From the IMG/VR virus record IMGVR_UViG_3300008954_003312, positions 12,235 through 76,234 of that record: DNA of 64,000 nucleotides; one strand, 5' to 3'. Position numbers and translations under genes: made by a program. Positions 19,648 through 31,453 of this stretch are shown here, one piece after another. The stretch comes from a virus. The notes below the pieces were generated by a model. That model searched no databases, was not told the origin of the DNA, and saw only the letters and a program-made list of their open reading frames with translations. Numbering within the stretch: position 1 is the stretch's first letter; every line of letters starts with the position of its first letter.

Positions 19648-21507
19648 ATGTCTAGAAGAATTCAAAAAGAAATTAAAAAGAAGAAAGTAAGAAGCTATTT
19701 AAATAAAGATTTTGAATCTTTTAAGTCAGACTTGTTGCTGTACGCAAATACATACTTTTCTGATCATATATCAGATTTTTCTGATTCATCAGTAGGATCA
19801 CTTTTTCTTGAAATGGCAGCGTACGTCGGTGATGTCATGTCTTTCTATTTAGATCATCAATTTAATGAGCTAGATATTTTAACAGCAGTTGAAAGTAAGA
19901 ATGTTGAAAGACTAGTTAGAGCAGCTGGTGTTAAAATAAAGGGTGCTGCTCCTGCATTTGTAGATGTTGATTTTTATATTGAAGTCCCAGCTGAGCAGGT
20001 TTCAGTTAATGGTGTTTTAACATCACTTCCAAAAAACAGTGTTTTGCCTGTAATAAAGAAAGGAACTACAGTTAGTTCAAAATCTGGTATTGTATTTGAG
20101 TTAACAGAAGATATTAACTTTTCTTTAAAGGATGAAAACGATAGTTATGTAGCAACATATTTAGCATCAGAGACTAATTCTGATGGTGAGGTGATAAGCC
20201 TAATAGGAAAGGCATCAGGCCAATGTACATCCGGTCGAACATCATTGGAAAGTTTTTCTATAGCTGATAAGTTCGAACCATTTAGAAAGATTACGCTTAC
20301 TTCTCAAAACATTTCAGATATAATTTCAGTAAAAGATTTAGATGGTAATGAGTACTATGAGGTTGAATCACTTACTCAAGATACAGTATTTAGTAAGGTT
20401 GCTAATTTTGGATCTGATTTAATGGAAGTTACAGATAGTATTCAGCTTATTCCTGCACCCTATAGATTTATAACGAAATCAAGTAGAAAGACTGGGATGA
20501 CTACAATTATATTTGGGTCAGGAAGGGCAGAAACCCTAGATAACGATATTATACCAGATCCCAGTGAGGTCGCACTTCCAATGTATGGAGATAAAAAGAC
20601 ATTTTCAAGAGCTGCAATTGATCCAAATTCTCTCTTAGGAACAAGAACACTTGGAATATCACCCTACAATACAAATATTTCAGTCCGGTACAGGGCCGGA
20701 GGGGGAATTAGCCATAATGTAGGATCTGGACAGATAACTTCACTGTCAAGTCTTTCTACTTATTTCGGTTCAGGTGTTCCATCTGTAACAGCAGCTAAGA
20801 TAAGGGCTTCAGTTCAGGTTAGTAACCCACTTACAGCAGCAGGGGGTGAGGATCCATTGACAGAGAGTGAGCTAAGAACAACAGCACTTGCATTTAGAAA
20901 TTCTCAGTCCAGGATAGTTACACGAGATGATCTAGTTGCTAGAATATATACGATGCCATCTAATTTTGGTAGAGCATTTAGGGTGGGTGTTAGATCTAAT
21001 CCAAATAACCCACTAGCTTCTATGATTTCAGTTATAAGTAGAAATTCAGCTGGTCACTTAATAATATCACCAGACACACTAAAAGAAAACATAAAAGTCT
21101 ATGTTAATCAATTTAGACTTATATCAGATGCTATTGACATAGTTGATTCACAGATTATAAACATTGCTATCAACTATTCTATCGTTACAGATTCAACTTC
21201 TAATAAAAACTTAGTCATACAAAGAGTTAACACAGCACTTAAAAGCTATTTAAAAATTGAGAACTTTCAAATCGATCAGCCAATAGTAATATCAGATCTA
21301 ACTAATCTTATTCTTAATGAAGATGGTGTTGTATCTTTGATAGATATAAATATAGAAAATAGAACTGGAACTATTGATGATAGAGTGTATGGAGAAAGTA
21401 CTTTCGATGTCAATTCAAATTTAAAAAATAATATTTTATTTCCAGTCGAAGGTGGAATTTTTGAACTTAAGTTTCCACAGGACGATATAGCTGGTAGCAC
21501 AGTTTAG
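19648..21507 (+). CDS. Baseplate wedge protein, gp6/baseplate J-like
   Basis: DFESFK, EMAAYVGDVMSFYLD, YRAGGG and GGED...QSRIVTRDD motifs. Confidence 0.85.
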   Translation: MSRRIQKEIKKKKVRSYLNKDFESFKSDLLLYANTYFSDHISDFSDSSVGSLFLEMAAYVGDVMSFYLDHQFNELDILTAVESKNVERLVRAAGVKIKGAAPAFVDVDFYIEVPAEQVSVNGVLTSLPKNSVLPVIKKGTTVSSKSGIVFELTEDINFSLKDENDSYVATYLASETNSDGEVISLIGKASGQCTSGRTSLESFSIADKFEPFRKITLTSQNISDIISVKDLDGNEYYEVESLTQDTVFSKVANFGSDLMEVTDSIQLIPAPYRFITKSSRKTGMTTIIFGSGRAETLDNDIIPDPSEVALPMYGDKKTFSRAAIDPNSLLGTRTLGISPYNTNISVRYRAGGGISHNVGSGQITSLSSLSTYFGSGVPSVTAAKIRASVQVSNPLTAAGGEDPLTESELRTTALAFRNSQSRIVTRDDLVARIYTMPSNFGRAFRVGVRSNPNNPLASMISVISRNSAGHLIISPDTLKENIKVYVNQFRLISDAIDIVDSQIINIAINYSIVTDSTSNKNLVIQRVNTALKSYLKIENFQIDQPIVISDLTNLILNEDGVVSLIDINIENRTGTIDDRVYGESTFDVNSNLKNNILFPVEGGIFELKFPQDDIAGSTV

Positions 21508-21515
21508 AGGAAAAT

Positions 21516-23054
21516 ATGCATAGAATCCTTACATGTAGTTCAGATACCTACATTACTAATAAGATTATTAATAATAAATTCAGAGCAGAAGATGCCAATG
21601 TCGGCCAAGCAGGAACAATTGATATATTTAAACTTTATAATGAAAATTCTAGTGGGTCAATTACGGGAACTATTGAGGTCTCAAGGGGTCTGTTAAAGTT
21701 TGATCTAAATCCGCTTAGACAGCTTACGGGATCTTCTTTAGATACAAATCACTCATCTTTTAAATGTATGCTAAAGATGTATGATGTTTATGGTGGTCAA
21801 ACTACTCCTTCAAGCTTTAAGCTAATAGTATTTCCGCTTTCTAAGTCTTTTGACGAAGGTATCGGCAGAGATATAGTTAATTTTTCTGATCTTGACTCTT
21901 CTAATTTTGTAACAGCATCAGTTATTGATGATACTGCAACGCTTTGGGAGCATACGGGTGCAGCCAAAGAGGGTCTGCTCGGGTCAAATGATCTCGATAT
22001 TATATCTAGCGGAAATCTTTCTGATGGCAGTGGTGTTGTAAACATCTGGAAATCACAGACATTTTCAAAAGGAAACGAAGATCTTTCAATTGACATAACA
22101 ACTATGGTATCTGCTACACTTGCTAGTCAAATACCGGACTGCGGGTTTAGAATCTCTTTTTCAGGCACACAGGAGTCTGATGACAGGACAAGATTTGTTA
22201 AGAGGTTTGCTTCTAAGAATTCTACTAGATTTTCAAAAAGACCTAAGATAGTTGTGACCTACGATGATTCAGTTCAAGACCATCATGGTGTATTCTTTTT
22301 TGATGTAACTGGGTCTATATTTTTAAATAACTTTCATAGAGGTAATCCTACAAATATACTTTCTGGAACAAGAAGAAGGGGAATATCTGGATCTAACTGC
22401 ATAGTTTTTAAGATATTTTCTGGAGTTAATGGATCTGGATCTTACTTTGCTAAACAGCTATCAGCTTCTCAGCACCAAGTTGGTATTAATTTTATAACAG
22501 GTGTATACTCAGCAACATTTGCAATTTCAGAATTTGAGAGCTCTAGCCTAAGAGAGGAGATAAAAAGCGCTGGATCAGCTACATTTACTACAGTCTGGTC
22601 TTCTGTTGACGATACAGTCGGATATCATACTGGATCACTTGTAATTAATACAGTAAAAAGAACATCATTTGAAAATTCTCCTCGCAGGCTTTTTATAAAT
22701 GTAACAAATCTAAAGCCAACGTATGTATCTTCAGAGAAGTCTAGATTTAGAGTGTTTGTTCAGGACGTTGCAAAGCAGATTGTTGCCTATAAGCTTCCAT
22801 TTGAGACAGTAAGCGAAATATTCACAGACATGTACTATAGAATTAGAGACTTTGAGACAGATGATATTATAGTTCCTTTTGACCCTGAGTCAAAAGGAAC
22901 GCTTCTCTCTACAGATACCAAGGGAATGTATTTTGATTTTTATATGGACTCTTTGGCTCCAGGAAGAACTTATATATTTGACTTTTTAATAAAGGACGAA
23001 GGAACAGACCTGGTATTTTCAAATGTTGCTGCTAAGTTTGATATTACCAGGTAG
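21516..23054 (+). CDS. Putative baseplate/virion structural protein
   Basis: DTYI...SRGLLKFD...RPKIVVTYDD pattern (DNRLRE-like); S/T/G-rich; follows the gp6-like gene. Confidence 0.5.
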   Translation: MHRILTCSSDTYITNKIINNKFRAEDANVGQAGTIDIFKLYNENSSGSITGTIEVSRGLLKFDLNPLRQLTGSSLDTNHSSFKCMLKMYDVYGGQTTPSSFKLIVFPLSKSFDEGIGRDIVNFSDLDSSNFVTASVIDDTATLWEHTGAAKEGLLGSNDLDIISSGNLSDGSGVVNIWKSQTFSKGNEDLSIDITTMVSATLASQIPDCGFRISFSGTQESDDRTRFVKRFASKNSTRFSKRPKIVVTYDDSVQDHHGVFFFDVTGSIFLNNFHRGNPTNILSGTRRRGISGSNCIVFKIFSGVNGSGSYFAKQLSASQHQVGINFITGVYSATFAISEFESSSLREEIKSAGSATFTTVWSSVDDTVGYHTGSLVINTVKRTSFENSPRRLFINVTNLKPTYVSSEKSRFRVFVQDVAKQIVAYKLPFETVSEIFTDMYYRIRDFETDDIIVPFDPESKGTLLSTDTKGMYFDFYMDSLAPGRTYIFDFLIKDEGTDLVFSNVAAKFDITR

Positions 23055-23063
23055 GCGATTAGA

Positions 23064-26000
23064 ATGAAGAAGAAAAGAGTACTAAATCTTAGACAGCCTC
23101 ATCTATTTAAGCCCTCTACTGTTAGAAGGACAGCTAAGCCAGGAGCTACTTTTAATAGAGATATAAAGCTTAGCAGTCTATCAAATACAAACATTGAAAG
23201 CACTTCTTCTTTTAGATACGACAATCCAGGCTCAGGGCTAAAGTCTACACAAGAAGTCTCAGTTGACTATAGCAGATTTGAAAAACATACATTTTTTAAC
23301 TCTGCTGTCTCAAAAGTAAATATTGCATTTGATAGAATTATTAATGAATTTCCTTTTGATGGAGCAGAAAGAGAAATAGAGGGATTTATTGACTCTTTGA
23401 CAGGATATGAGAAGCACATTTTTGATACCTTTCCTAAAAACACAGGCTACCTTATATTTTCAGGAACTGTGTCAGGTGAAGACTATCACGAAGGGACTTA
23501 TCTTAAGGTAAATGATAAGGCAGGAACAAGTTATCCTGAATTTTCTAAAAATAGAACTGGAAATAGTGTTATAAATCCTGGATTAAGCACATTTTCTATT
23601 GAGATGCAAATATTTCCACCTGATATAGTCAATGACAATCAGGTCATATGTCAGATGCTAAGCGGGACTAATGGTAGCTTCGGCGATGGCGGATTTACTT
23701 TGGGTCTATCATCCTCAACAAGCACAAGTGAATCAACTTTGATATTTGCTGTTGCTTCGGGAACAACTCACCTTCATGCCACAGGAACTATTAACAAGGG
23801 ACAGTGGAATCATATATGCGCTACTTTTAATAGATCTCCAGGCGCTGGAAATTTACTTCTTTACGCCAGCGGAAACCTAATAGCTTCATCTTCAGATTCT
23901 GCAGATGAAATGGGGACTCTATCTTTTAATTCACTTATGCCGCTCTATATCGGTTCTGGTTCTGCCCAAGATCTTTCTTTAGGCATGGAGAATCCTGCAC
24001 ATTCAGCTCAGACTCTCTGGACACCTCGTCAGACATTTTCTGGATCGATTGATGAGTTTAGATTTTTTCATAAGACAAGGAGTATTATTGATCAAAAAGA
24101 GACAGCTCTAAGTGAAATATATCCAGATGATGAAGGTTCACTGCGACTTTATTTTAGATTCAATGAGCCGTCTGGCTCTTATAGTATTCCAGATGTTGCT
24201 CTTGATAGCTCAGGAAACTCTCTTCATACTAATATTACAAATTTTGATTCTACTAATTCGAGACTGACTGGGTCAAATACAGACTGGGGTGTTTGTATGA
24301 CGGCTGAGAATAAATCGTTGTCACCAATTCTATTTCCATCTTTTAAAAATGTAAGGGGATTAAATGCAGATCTTTTACTCTCTGCTAGCTTGTTTGATGG
24401 TCAAAATCCAAATCTAATAACAAGACTAATACCTCCACATTATCTTGAAATGGGATCTGAGGACCAGGGATTTAATTCTATAACAGGAAGCATGGGAGAT
24501 ATGATTAAGCCCAATAGCATTCCGGGATCTTCTGTCATAGGATCACCTCAGATTATGACAGCATTCTTATTAATATGGGCAAAATATTTTGATGAGATAA
24601 AGATATTCATAGATCACTTTTCTAACTTAGTTCACATTGACTATGATGACATAGATACAGCAGCAGATAAATTTTTACCTTTTGTTGCTAAATATTACGG
24701 ATTTGAGCTTCCTGGAATTTTCTCTAACACTAGCCCAGAGCAATTTATTAAAGGTAGAAATATTGACGGTTCTTACTCTATATCCGCTGAGTCTCTTAGA
24801 TTTGTTCAAAATCAAATATGGAAGAGAATTTTAATAAACATTAGTGACATAAGGGCATCTAAGGGAACAAAGCATTCTGTAGAATCAGTGTTTAGAGCTG
24901 CTGGAATTGATCCTGATTCATTTTTTACAATTAGAGAGTACGGAGGTCCGACTAAACGATCACTAGTTGGATTGCGACAGTCTAGAAAAGAAGTCTCAAC
25001 AGCCTTAAGTTTTACGGGAAGTCTAGCACCGTGGCCAGAAGCGACTCTTGCGACAACATCTTCTGATGGTCTCAATAGCTTAATGCCCATCCTTAGATCA
25101 CCGTTTCTATCCGGATCCAGGGTTGAGGTAGGGTACCCTCTTGCCCGAGGTGGGTTTAATAATGCAAAATATGTTGCAGGAGAGATAGTTACCCACGGAA
25201 CATCTACTGATAGGTCTGACGGATTATTTACATCTGGCTGCTTTACATACGAGGGAACTTATATATTTCCAAGGCTTGTTACTGGCTCCTATCCAGTAAG
25301 TCAAAGTCTCGTTAGATTTCAAGTGACTGGGTCTGCTTCTCCTTCTGATAGAAACGGAGTTGTTGCAAACCTTATTGCAGTCTCTGGAGCTAATAACTCT
25401 CTTACAGGAAGCGGATCAGATTTAAAGCTATTTGTTAGACCTTCATATGCATCAACATCAGAGAAGACACTTGAGATTGCTTTAACTGGTGCTAATATCT
25501 TTAACGGTGAGCAGTGGAATATTTCTTTTGGAAGAATTCGATCTGACTCACCTCAGCTTGATTTAGATTCTGAAAATGCTGTCTCTTCATCGTATTTCCT
25601 TAGATGTGGGCATCAATCAGCTGGAGAGATTACTAGCGTCTATCAGACGTCTTCATTTTTTATGGAAGTTTCAAATAGGGGTGTAACAACTAATAAGAAT
25701 GTATTCTCATCGAAAGTTACAACTTACAATGCCAGTGGTGTGTTTTTCGTAGTAGGCTCACAAAGTTTAGGAGATCCTACTGGAAACTACTTTTTAAACG
25801 ATGAATCAGTAGCAGCTGACAGTGCAGCTCGTGTAACAGATTTTGCTGGTCGAATATCACGTATAAGATTCTGGTCCAAAGCACTTGAGTCAGGTGAGTG
25901 GAAAGAGCATGTAAGAAATTTTAAATCTCTTGGGGTCAAAGATCCACTAGTTAATTTTAATTTTAACACTCTTTCATCTGGCTCATTCGAGAGGCTGCGG

Positions 26001-26798
26001 ATTGATGCTACAACAGATCAGAGAGTTACAGCTTCAAATAGTCAAGGTGAGATAGAGATATTTGATTTTTCAAAGAATAGCACAATAAACTCAGAAGGCT
26101 CTGCTGCACCGTGGATTGCAGCAGACCAGGCTGGCTCAGTTACATACTATCACCTTTCAGGAACAGGATTTGAAGCTGACAAGTCTGTGATAAGGCCTGA
26201 AGAATTTTATTATAGCTTTTTATCACCGAGATTTGATATCGGACAGACAGATGATAAAGTAAGAATAAGAAGCTTTAAAGATGCTGATAAGATAAAGAAT
26301 AGCAACTATGCAGGAAGTGCACCAGTCTACGAGGTCCCACCAAGCGAGCAGCCCGATGATGATACCAGGTTTAGCATTGACTACTCTGCTGTCAAAGCAT
26401 TAGATGAAGATATAATGAATATTTTTTCATCTCTTGAGTTTTTTGATGATGCTCTTGGGCAGCCAAATATGATGTTTGATGAATACTATCCCGATATTGA
26501 TCAGGTAAGAAAAATTTATTTTAATAGGCTTATTGATAAGATAAATGTTAAAAAATTCTTTGAGATATTTAAATGGTTTGATACATCATTTACTGCCTTT
26601 ATTGAGCAACTTATCCCTAGAAAGACAAAATTTCTAGGCATAAACTATGTTATAGAGTCTCATGTTCTTGAACGGCATAGACACAGATATTTATTTGATG
26701 AAATTTATCAACCAGCCGGCGAAAGAGAGCGGACATTTGATGTTGCTACACTTATTGATATCGATGTAACCATAGATGGACATGGAGGAGATTTGTGA
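23064..26798 (+). CDS. Large baseplate protein with LamG-like domains and a tail protein I-like segment
   Basis: GQWNHICATF and FSGSIDEFRFF (LamG), LPFVAKYYG...SKGTKHSVES (P2 gpI-like), and a second RISRIRFWS strand. Confidence 0.6.
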   Translation: MKKKRVLNLRQPHLFKPSTVRRTAKPGATFNRDIKLSSLSNTNIESTSSFRYDNPGSGLKSTQEVSVDYSRFEKHTFFNSAVSKVNIAFDRIINEFPFDGAEREIEGFIDSLTGYEKHIFDTFPKNTGYLIFSGTVSGEDYHEGTYLKVNDKAGTSYPEFSKNRTGNSVINPGLSTFSIEMQIFPPDIVNDNQVICQMLSGTNGSFGDGGFTLGLSSSTSTSESTLIFAVASGTTHLHATGTINKGQWNHICATFNRSPGAGNLLLYASGNLIASSSDSADEMGTLSFNSLMPLYIGSGSAQDLSLGMENPAHSAQTLWTPRQTFSGSIDEFRFFHKTRSIIDQKETALSEIYPDDEGSLRLYFRFNEPSGSYSIPDVALDSSGNSLHTNITNFDSTNSRLTGSNTDWGVCMTAENKSLSPILFPSFKNVRGLNADLLLSASLFDGQNPNLITRLIPPHYLEMGSEDQGFNSITGSMGDMIKPNSIPGSSVIGSPQIMTAFLLIWAKYFDEIKIFIDHFSNLVHIDYDDIDTAADKFLPFVAKYYGFELPGIFSNTSPEQFIKGRNIDGSYSISAESLRFVQNQIWKRILINISDIRASKGTKHSVESVFRAAGIDPDSFFTIREYGGPTKRSLVGLRQSRKEVSTALSFTGSLAPWPEATLATTSSDGLNSLMPILRSPFLSGSRVEVGYPLARGGFNNAKYVAGEIVTHGTSTDRSDGLFTSGCFTYEGTYIFPRLVTGSYPVSQSLVRFQVTGSASPSDRNGVVANLIAVSGANNSLTGSGSDLKLFVRPSYASTSEKTLEIALTGANIFNGEQWNISFGRIRSDSPQLDLDSENAVSSSYFLRCGHQSAGEITSVYQTSSFFMEVSNRGVTTNKNVFSSKVTTYNASGVFFVVGSQSLGDPTGNYFLNDESVAADSAARVTDFAGRISRIRFWSKALESGEWKEHVRNFKSLGVKDPLVNFNFNTLSSGSFERLRIDATTDQRVTASNSQGEIEIFDFSKNSTINSEGSAAPWIAADQAGSVTYYHLSGTGFEADKSVIRPEEFYYSFLSPRFDIGQTDDKVRIRSFKDADKIKNSNYAGSAPVYEVPPSEQPDDDTRFSIDYSAVKALDEDIMNIFSSLEFFDDALGQPNMMFDEYYPDIDQVRKIYFNRLIDKINVKKFFEIFKWFDTSFTAFIEQLIPRKTKFLGINYVIESHVLERHRHRYLFDEIYQPAGERERTFDVATLIDIDVTIDGHGGDL

Positions 26799-27688
26799 TG
26801 GCAATAAAACCCTTTGAAGATAGAGGCATTGTTGATCTTGGTAAGAATGTCAATAAGTACACTATAGGATCTCAAACCGGCTCTAGCGCAACTCAAACAA
26901 CAGTTCTTGATAGACTGAGACAGGGAGTGAGCATTAGGAGTGTAAGCCAGCAATACAATAGAAACCTACCGATATTGAGAAGCGCTGACCCACCAACTTT
27001 CACTGATCGTCCAACTGTGCCATATCTTGAAAAGTGTAACTATGGACAGCCGAAGCATTTTAATGATCCCTCACCAGATGGAACCCCGTCCCCCTTTGAA
27101 GATATTGTCGGAAGGTTTACTGGAAAGGAATACATAGAGGACGCTGGTGGGACACAGATATATCCGATAATACTTCTCAATCCAACACTCAGGGACCCGG
27201 GTCAGATGGATGGTGTGATCGAACCTCTCGATATTAGAAATACAGTCGTTAATAGCTCACTAGGCGAGCCCTATATTTTCCATTCAGTCAAGGGTGCGCT
27301 CATGTCAGGTCACAGAGACCACAGTGCAAAAGGTGCAGAGGTCATGTCTCAAATTAGGTACTTTAAAAACTCAAAAAATATTGATTTTTTTGAGGATAAC
27401 AGCGAGAGATCTTTAGGTAATGTGGCAGCACCTGGATTTGTTTCTAATTTTGAAACAAAGATAAATCCATTTATAGACTCTCAGATTTCTACTAATCCGA
27501 CTGCATCTTTTTCCTTTCTTTCTGGCTCGTACAGAGATAGAGGTAAATTTGGTGTAACGTATAAGTCTGCTCATTCTGGGTTTATATTTAATCCGTCAGG
27601 TGTAGGTAATACAGATGATGAAAATGGAAGAGTTGTGTCCACAGTTCTTGGGACAGATTCCATAGCATTCGGAGGTCTAAAGAAGTAA
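26795..27688 (+). CDS. Hypothetical virion protein
   Basis: Coupled ORF with SD GGAGG in the structural operon. Confidence 0.5.
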   Translation: MMAIKPFEDRGIVDLGKNVNKYTIGSQTGSSATQTTVLDRLRQGVSIRSVSQQYNRNLPILRSADPPTFTDRPTVPYLEKCNYGQPKHFNDPSPDGTPSPFEDIVGRFTGKEYIEDAGGTQIYPIILLNPTLRDPGQMDGVIEPLDIRNTVVNSSLGEPYIFHSVKGALMSGHRDHSAKGAEVMSQIRYFKNSKNIDFFEDNSERSLGNVAAPGFVSNFETKINPFIDSQISTNPTASFSFLSGSYRDRGKFGVTYKSAHSGFIFNPSGVGNTDDENGRVVSTVLGTDSIAFGGLKK

Positions 27689-30441
27689 TGCCAGTTTCAG
27701 GATCAGACGGAAAGCTTAGATCAGGATTTATATCACTACCTCCTCGTGTTGTTTTACGATTTTTTGATAACATGACCGGCTCTTACCCCACAATTGCCAG
27801 AACAGGAGACAAGGACAGACTTGGAAACTTTAGGACTTACTTTGATGATACAGATACGATAGTATTTGGAAATAGTGAAAATTTTGAATATCCAACGCTT
27901 CTTCACTCTAGATCATTTGCTTATATTGGCAGAAGAGTTGCAACTCCTCACCCTAGAAGTAGCATAACAACTGCAGCAACCGGTGCAGCCGGAGTCAGCG
28001 ATTCTGGAATCTATATTCCTGTAAAGGGTCCGCTTGTTCCTGCTTCTTCATCTTTTGACACCTTTTCACCTTTTGATGAGAGCAGGATTTTTATAAACAG
28101 ATCTTCAAACTTTTGGGCAACAGGCACCAAAGAAGAAGTTAAGCCAGGATTCTCTACACCCCTCTGGAGTAAGACTCAGATATCAATTGATATATCCCCT
28201 AGGGAAAGAACTAGATTGACAAGAGCATCAGGCCATCGGAATGATCGAGGTCCGTTTATGAGCCAGAGTTTTACAGGCTTTTGCTATTACAACTTTGTAG
28301 AAAAGAGATGGGAGGAAAAAGGAATACTTGACCCAGTGAGTGATGGCTCATCTTTACATAGGCTGCAAATGTTTGACTGGGCAGCTAGGATAAATGGAGC
28401 TGTTGGAACACTAACCTCCGGAACAAGCAACTATCCTTTGCAATTCTTTCCTAGCCCGCAAAGATGGCCAGACGCCAAAGCCGATCCATCAGCATTTGGG
28501 TATAGCCGCATAGGTACACCTACCTGTACAAGCTTTGCTCCATTTGCTACGAAATATCATGCTTCTGCTAGTCAGGTTCTAAAGATGTCTGACTATATCA
28601 CCAGCCCATTTCTTCTTGAAAAAATAACGCTCCAGTTGCCGATTGAGGCTCAGAAGGCTTGGAATACAAACTCTTCTCGTGCTAGAGACATGGACAATTA
28701 TACGTTTTTTCTATATCGTCAGCAGAGAAAGCCAATTGTCTCAGGGTCAGGAAATTCCTATGGATCACCGCCTGACTCAAAGGGAGCAATTACAGGATCT
28801 CAGAGATTTTTAATTGGTAGTGGCTGTATTTGCTTTTACAATACACACGTTGAAAATGAGAGTGGACAGGTCGTAACACCTAATTTTCAACCTATTCACA
28901 CACCTGCCTTTAAGCATGCGATGGGAGCACTAAGCCCTACAGCCACAGCAATTAATAGCTTTACTGGATCAATAATAGTTCCAATAGTTCCAGCAGTTGC
29001 TAATAGGTGCTATCATGGATTTTACTATGTTGAAGACTCTACTAATGGAAAGGGTGTCGGAGTGACTGATAGAAAGGCATATGCTCAGATCTTTAATTAC
29101 TGGCCAGGTGGAAATTCAACTGAGACATTTCATGGTAGAAATTATACAGGAAAGCATCCGGTTCAAATTGCAGCCTATGGTGCTGCAACCATACCAGAGA
29201 TTGGAATATCAACAGGAAAATTTTCCACTTCAATACAAAACTTTAAGGTTGAAAAATTTGATCCAAGATCTCATAGACCATTTGGTGCAGCTTCAAGCTC
29301 AAGCTTTGATAGCACATATTATGTTACAGTTGGAGGAAAACAGTCCATTGAATCTCCATATCTTTTGTTTCCAGAAGATGAGCTAATTTTAGGGATTGAT
29401 GCAGGTCTTTCAAATAATGGAACACTTGATGGAACCTCAAAGAATGCATGGAATGAACTTACGGGTTCAATGCTGACAATGATCTCTAGTGGTTCAAAAA
29501 TGACTCTATTTGGATCTATGATAAGAGACGGTGTTCAGTTTCATAACGGATTAAATCAAAACTTAACTTCTAATGCAATACATGAGTCTCTTCACTATGA
29601 CAATCCCACACTTGATCAGTTTAATATTGAGAGCAGAGAGTCATATATTGGAACTTACATAGACGACGGAATCACAGGGTCCTTTACAGAAGCGGGTATT
29701 CATGCAAGGGGAGTAATGGGCAGTTTCGCTTCAGGCACTGCCGGACCGATGACTGGATCACTTTTGAGAGGCTTAAGGACGGCCGATTCCTCTGAAAGAT
29801 ATTACGATACTTTAATGCCCAGTATAGAATCTATTGGAAATTCGCTTGGTCTAACTAAGTATGCAAGGTATAATGGCTCTGCTTACCCAGTTATTAATTT
29901 TGCCACTGCAGCATTTAGAAGATCTATGCCATGGCCTTACGCTGAGGGAAGAGGCGATAATAGACAAATATCTGATAATATTGGAATTCTTTTATTGAAT
30001 ATTGATGGATCTGCTATGCTTTCACGAGCGACTTTTAGTCATAAGCCCGTTAGAAGAATATTATTTTCAAAATATAAGTTTCTTGATCCAGAGAATGGAT
30101 TGACTGCTACCTCTAGATACCAGTCAAGTGCTAATGTAACAGGCGCACTATCTTTTAACTATGGTATCTATAATATAGATCCAAAAAATTCATCAGCTGT
30201 TTTTAGATATGATAGATACGGCCAGTTTAGAGATATGCTTGAGCAAAGACAGGACTCTAAGTTCTATAAGCCCTTTACAGTCAGCAAGGATGGCAGATCA
30301 ATATCTAAGAGAGCAATTGCCCAGTCACCAGTTTTTATAAAGTTTGTCAGTAGATCATCAGAAATAGAAATAAGCCCGTATGAGACATCACTCTTCAATA
30401 AGAGTATTGAATCCACATCTTCATATCCGTACTCTGGATAG
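27688..30441 (+). CDS. Large hypothetical virion protein (S/T/G-rich)
   Basis: TAATG coupling to the upstream gene; structural module context. Confidence 0.5.
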   Translation: MPVSGSDGKLRSGFISLPPRVVLRFFDNMTGSYPTIARTGDKDRLGNFRTYFDDTDTIVFGNSENFEYPTLLHSRSFAYIGRRVATPHPRSSITTAATGAAGVSDSGIYIPVKGPLVPASSSFDTFSPFDESRIFINRSSNFWATGTKEEVKPGFSTPLWSKTQISIDISPRERTRLTRASGHRNDRGPFMSQSFTGFCYYNFVEKRWEEKGILDPVSDGSSLHRLQMFDWAARINGAVGTLTSGTSNYPLQFFPSPQRWPDAKADPSAFGYSRIGTPTCTSFAPFATKYHASASQVLKMSDYITSPFLLEKITLQLPIEAQKAWNTNSSRARDMDNYTFFLYRQQRKPIVSGSGNSYGSPPDSKGAITGSQRFLIGSGCICFYNTHVENESGQVVTPNFQPIHTPAFKHAMGALSPTATAINSFTGSIIVPIVPAVANRCYHGFYYVEDSTNGKGVGVTDRKAYAQIFNYWPGGNSTETFHGRNYTGKHPVQIAAYGAATIPEIGISTGKFSTSIQNFKVEKFDPRSHRPFGAASSSSFDSTYYVTVGGKQSIESPYLLFPEDELILGIDAGLSNNGTLDGTSKNAWNELTGSMLTMISSGSKMTLFGSMIRDGVQFHNGLNQNLTSNAIHESLHYDNPTLDQFNIESRESYIGTYIDDGITGSFTEAGIHARGVMGSFASGTAGPMTGSLLRGLRTADSSERYYDTLMPSIESIGNSLGLTKYARYNGSAYPVINFATAAFRRSMPWPYAEGRGDNRQISDNIGILLLNIDGSAMLSRATFSHKPVRRILFSKYKFLDPENGLTATSRYQSSANVTGALSFNYGIYNIDPKNSSAVFRYDRYGQFRDMLEQRQDSKFYKPFTVSKDGRSISKRAIAQSPVFIKFVSRSSEIEISPYETSLFNKSIESTSSYPYSG

Positions 30442-30484
30442 TTTGAGTTTGTAATATTTATATTTGTAAAGATAAGAAAATAAA

Positions 30485-31453
30485 ATGGCCGGAATCCTAG
30501 ATAAGAAAACAAGAATAATGGATAACATTATAACGCTTGCTGGAAAAAAACAAATGGCATCCGGCAGATTGCGATTTGAATTTATTTCATTCACAGATTC
30601 TGATACTTTTTACAAAGGCGATATCGTTAGTGGGTCAGCTGATGCTTCAAAGAGAATTTTCTTTGAAGCGACAAGTAAAAATCAAGACTCTATTACATTT
30701 GAAACTGATGATTCAGGAAAGCTAATTCCAAATAGCAGAATTTATGAAGGCGCATCCCTTACAACTGATGCAATTTTTTCAAAAACCACTTCAACAGAAA
30801 AATATGGAGACTATGTATATACTTCAGGTTCTGGAGATTTTGCTAGCTTATCTGGCGGAATAATTACTGGATCTTTGGATAATTTTAAAAATCTTAGAAT
30901 GCTTGGGACCAGGCTAGGAAAAGATGCTTTTAAAAATCTAAGACTTTCTACAACTGAGCTTTACTATGAGATGACATCAGATGTTCCTTTCCCAGGAGGT
31001 ACCGGTGAGGAAATAAACATAGATGCTGTCGAACCTCTCTTTATAGATAAGCGTCTTTCTCATATTGATAATTTTAAATTTCTACCCCCAGTCTTTCCGC
31101 CTGTTCCTGGATTTGATGACGGTGGTGAGCTTGGAGAATATATTAATCTAAATGAAAATGATGAGCTAACATATTCAGAAATATTGTCTGACCTATCAGA
31201 CAAAGAGGCTTTTTCTATTGATTTTGAATCCACATCTGATGCTAACAATATTGTTATGCAAATGTTTGAAACAGGAAATGGAAAATTTATAAAGCTTGAT
31301 GTTATAGACTTTGGAGAAGTTTACCATTCTCCGCTCACTCACGGTCTCTCTGAGGGCAGCAGCCAAAAGAGAATCTTTTTTATTGGAAAGGTTTTTCTTG
31401 ATTCTCTAAAGATGCCGACATTTGTTAACTTATTTACAATGGTAATAGACTAA
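30485..31453 (+). CDS. Putative baseplate/tail protein
   Basis: N-terminal GILD...DNIITLAGKKQMA...FTD motif, paralogous to 40821. Confidence 0.5.
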   Translation: MAGILDKKTRIMDNIITLAGKKQMASGRLRFEFISFTDSDTFYKGDIVSGSADASKRIFFEATSKNQDSITFETDDSGKLIPNSRIYEGASLTTDAIFSKTTSTEKYGDYVYTSGSGDFASLSGGIITGSLDNFKNLRMLGTRLGKDAFKNLRLSTTELYYEMTSDVPFPGGTGEEINIDAVEPLFIDKRLSHIDNFKFLPPVFPPVPGFDDGGELGEYINLNENDELTYSEILSDLSDKEAFSIDFESTSDANNIVMQMFETGNGKFIKLDVIDFGEVYHSPLTHGLSEGSSQKRIFFIGKVFLDSLKMPTFVNLFTMVID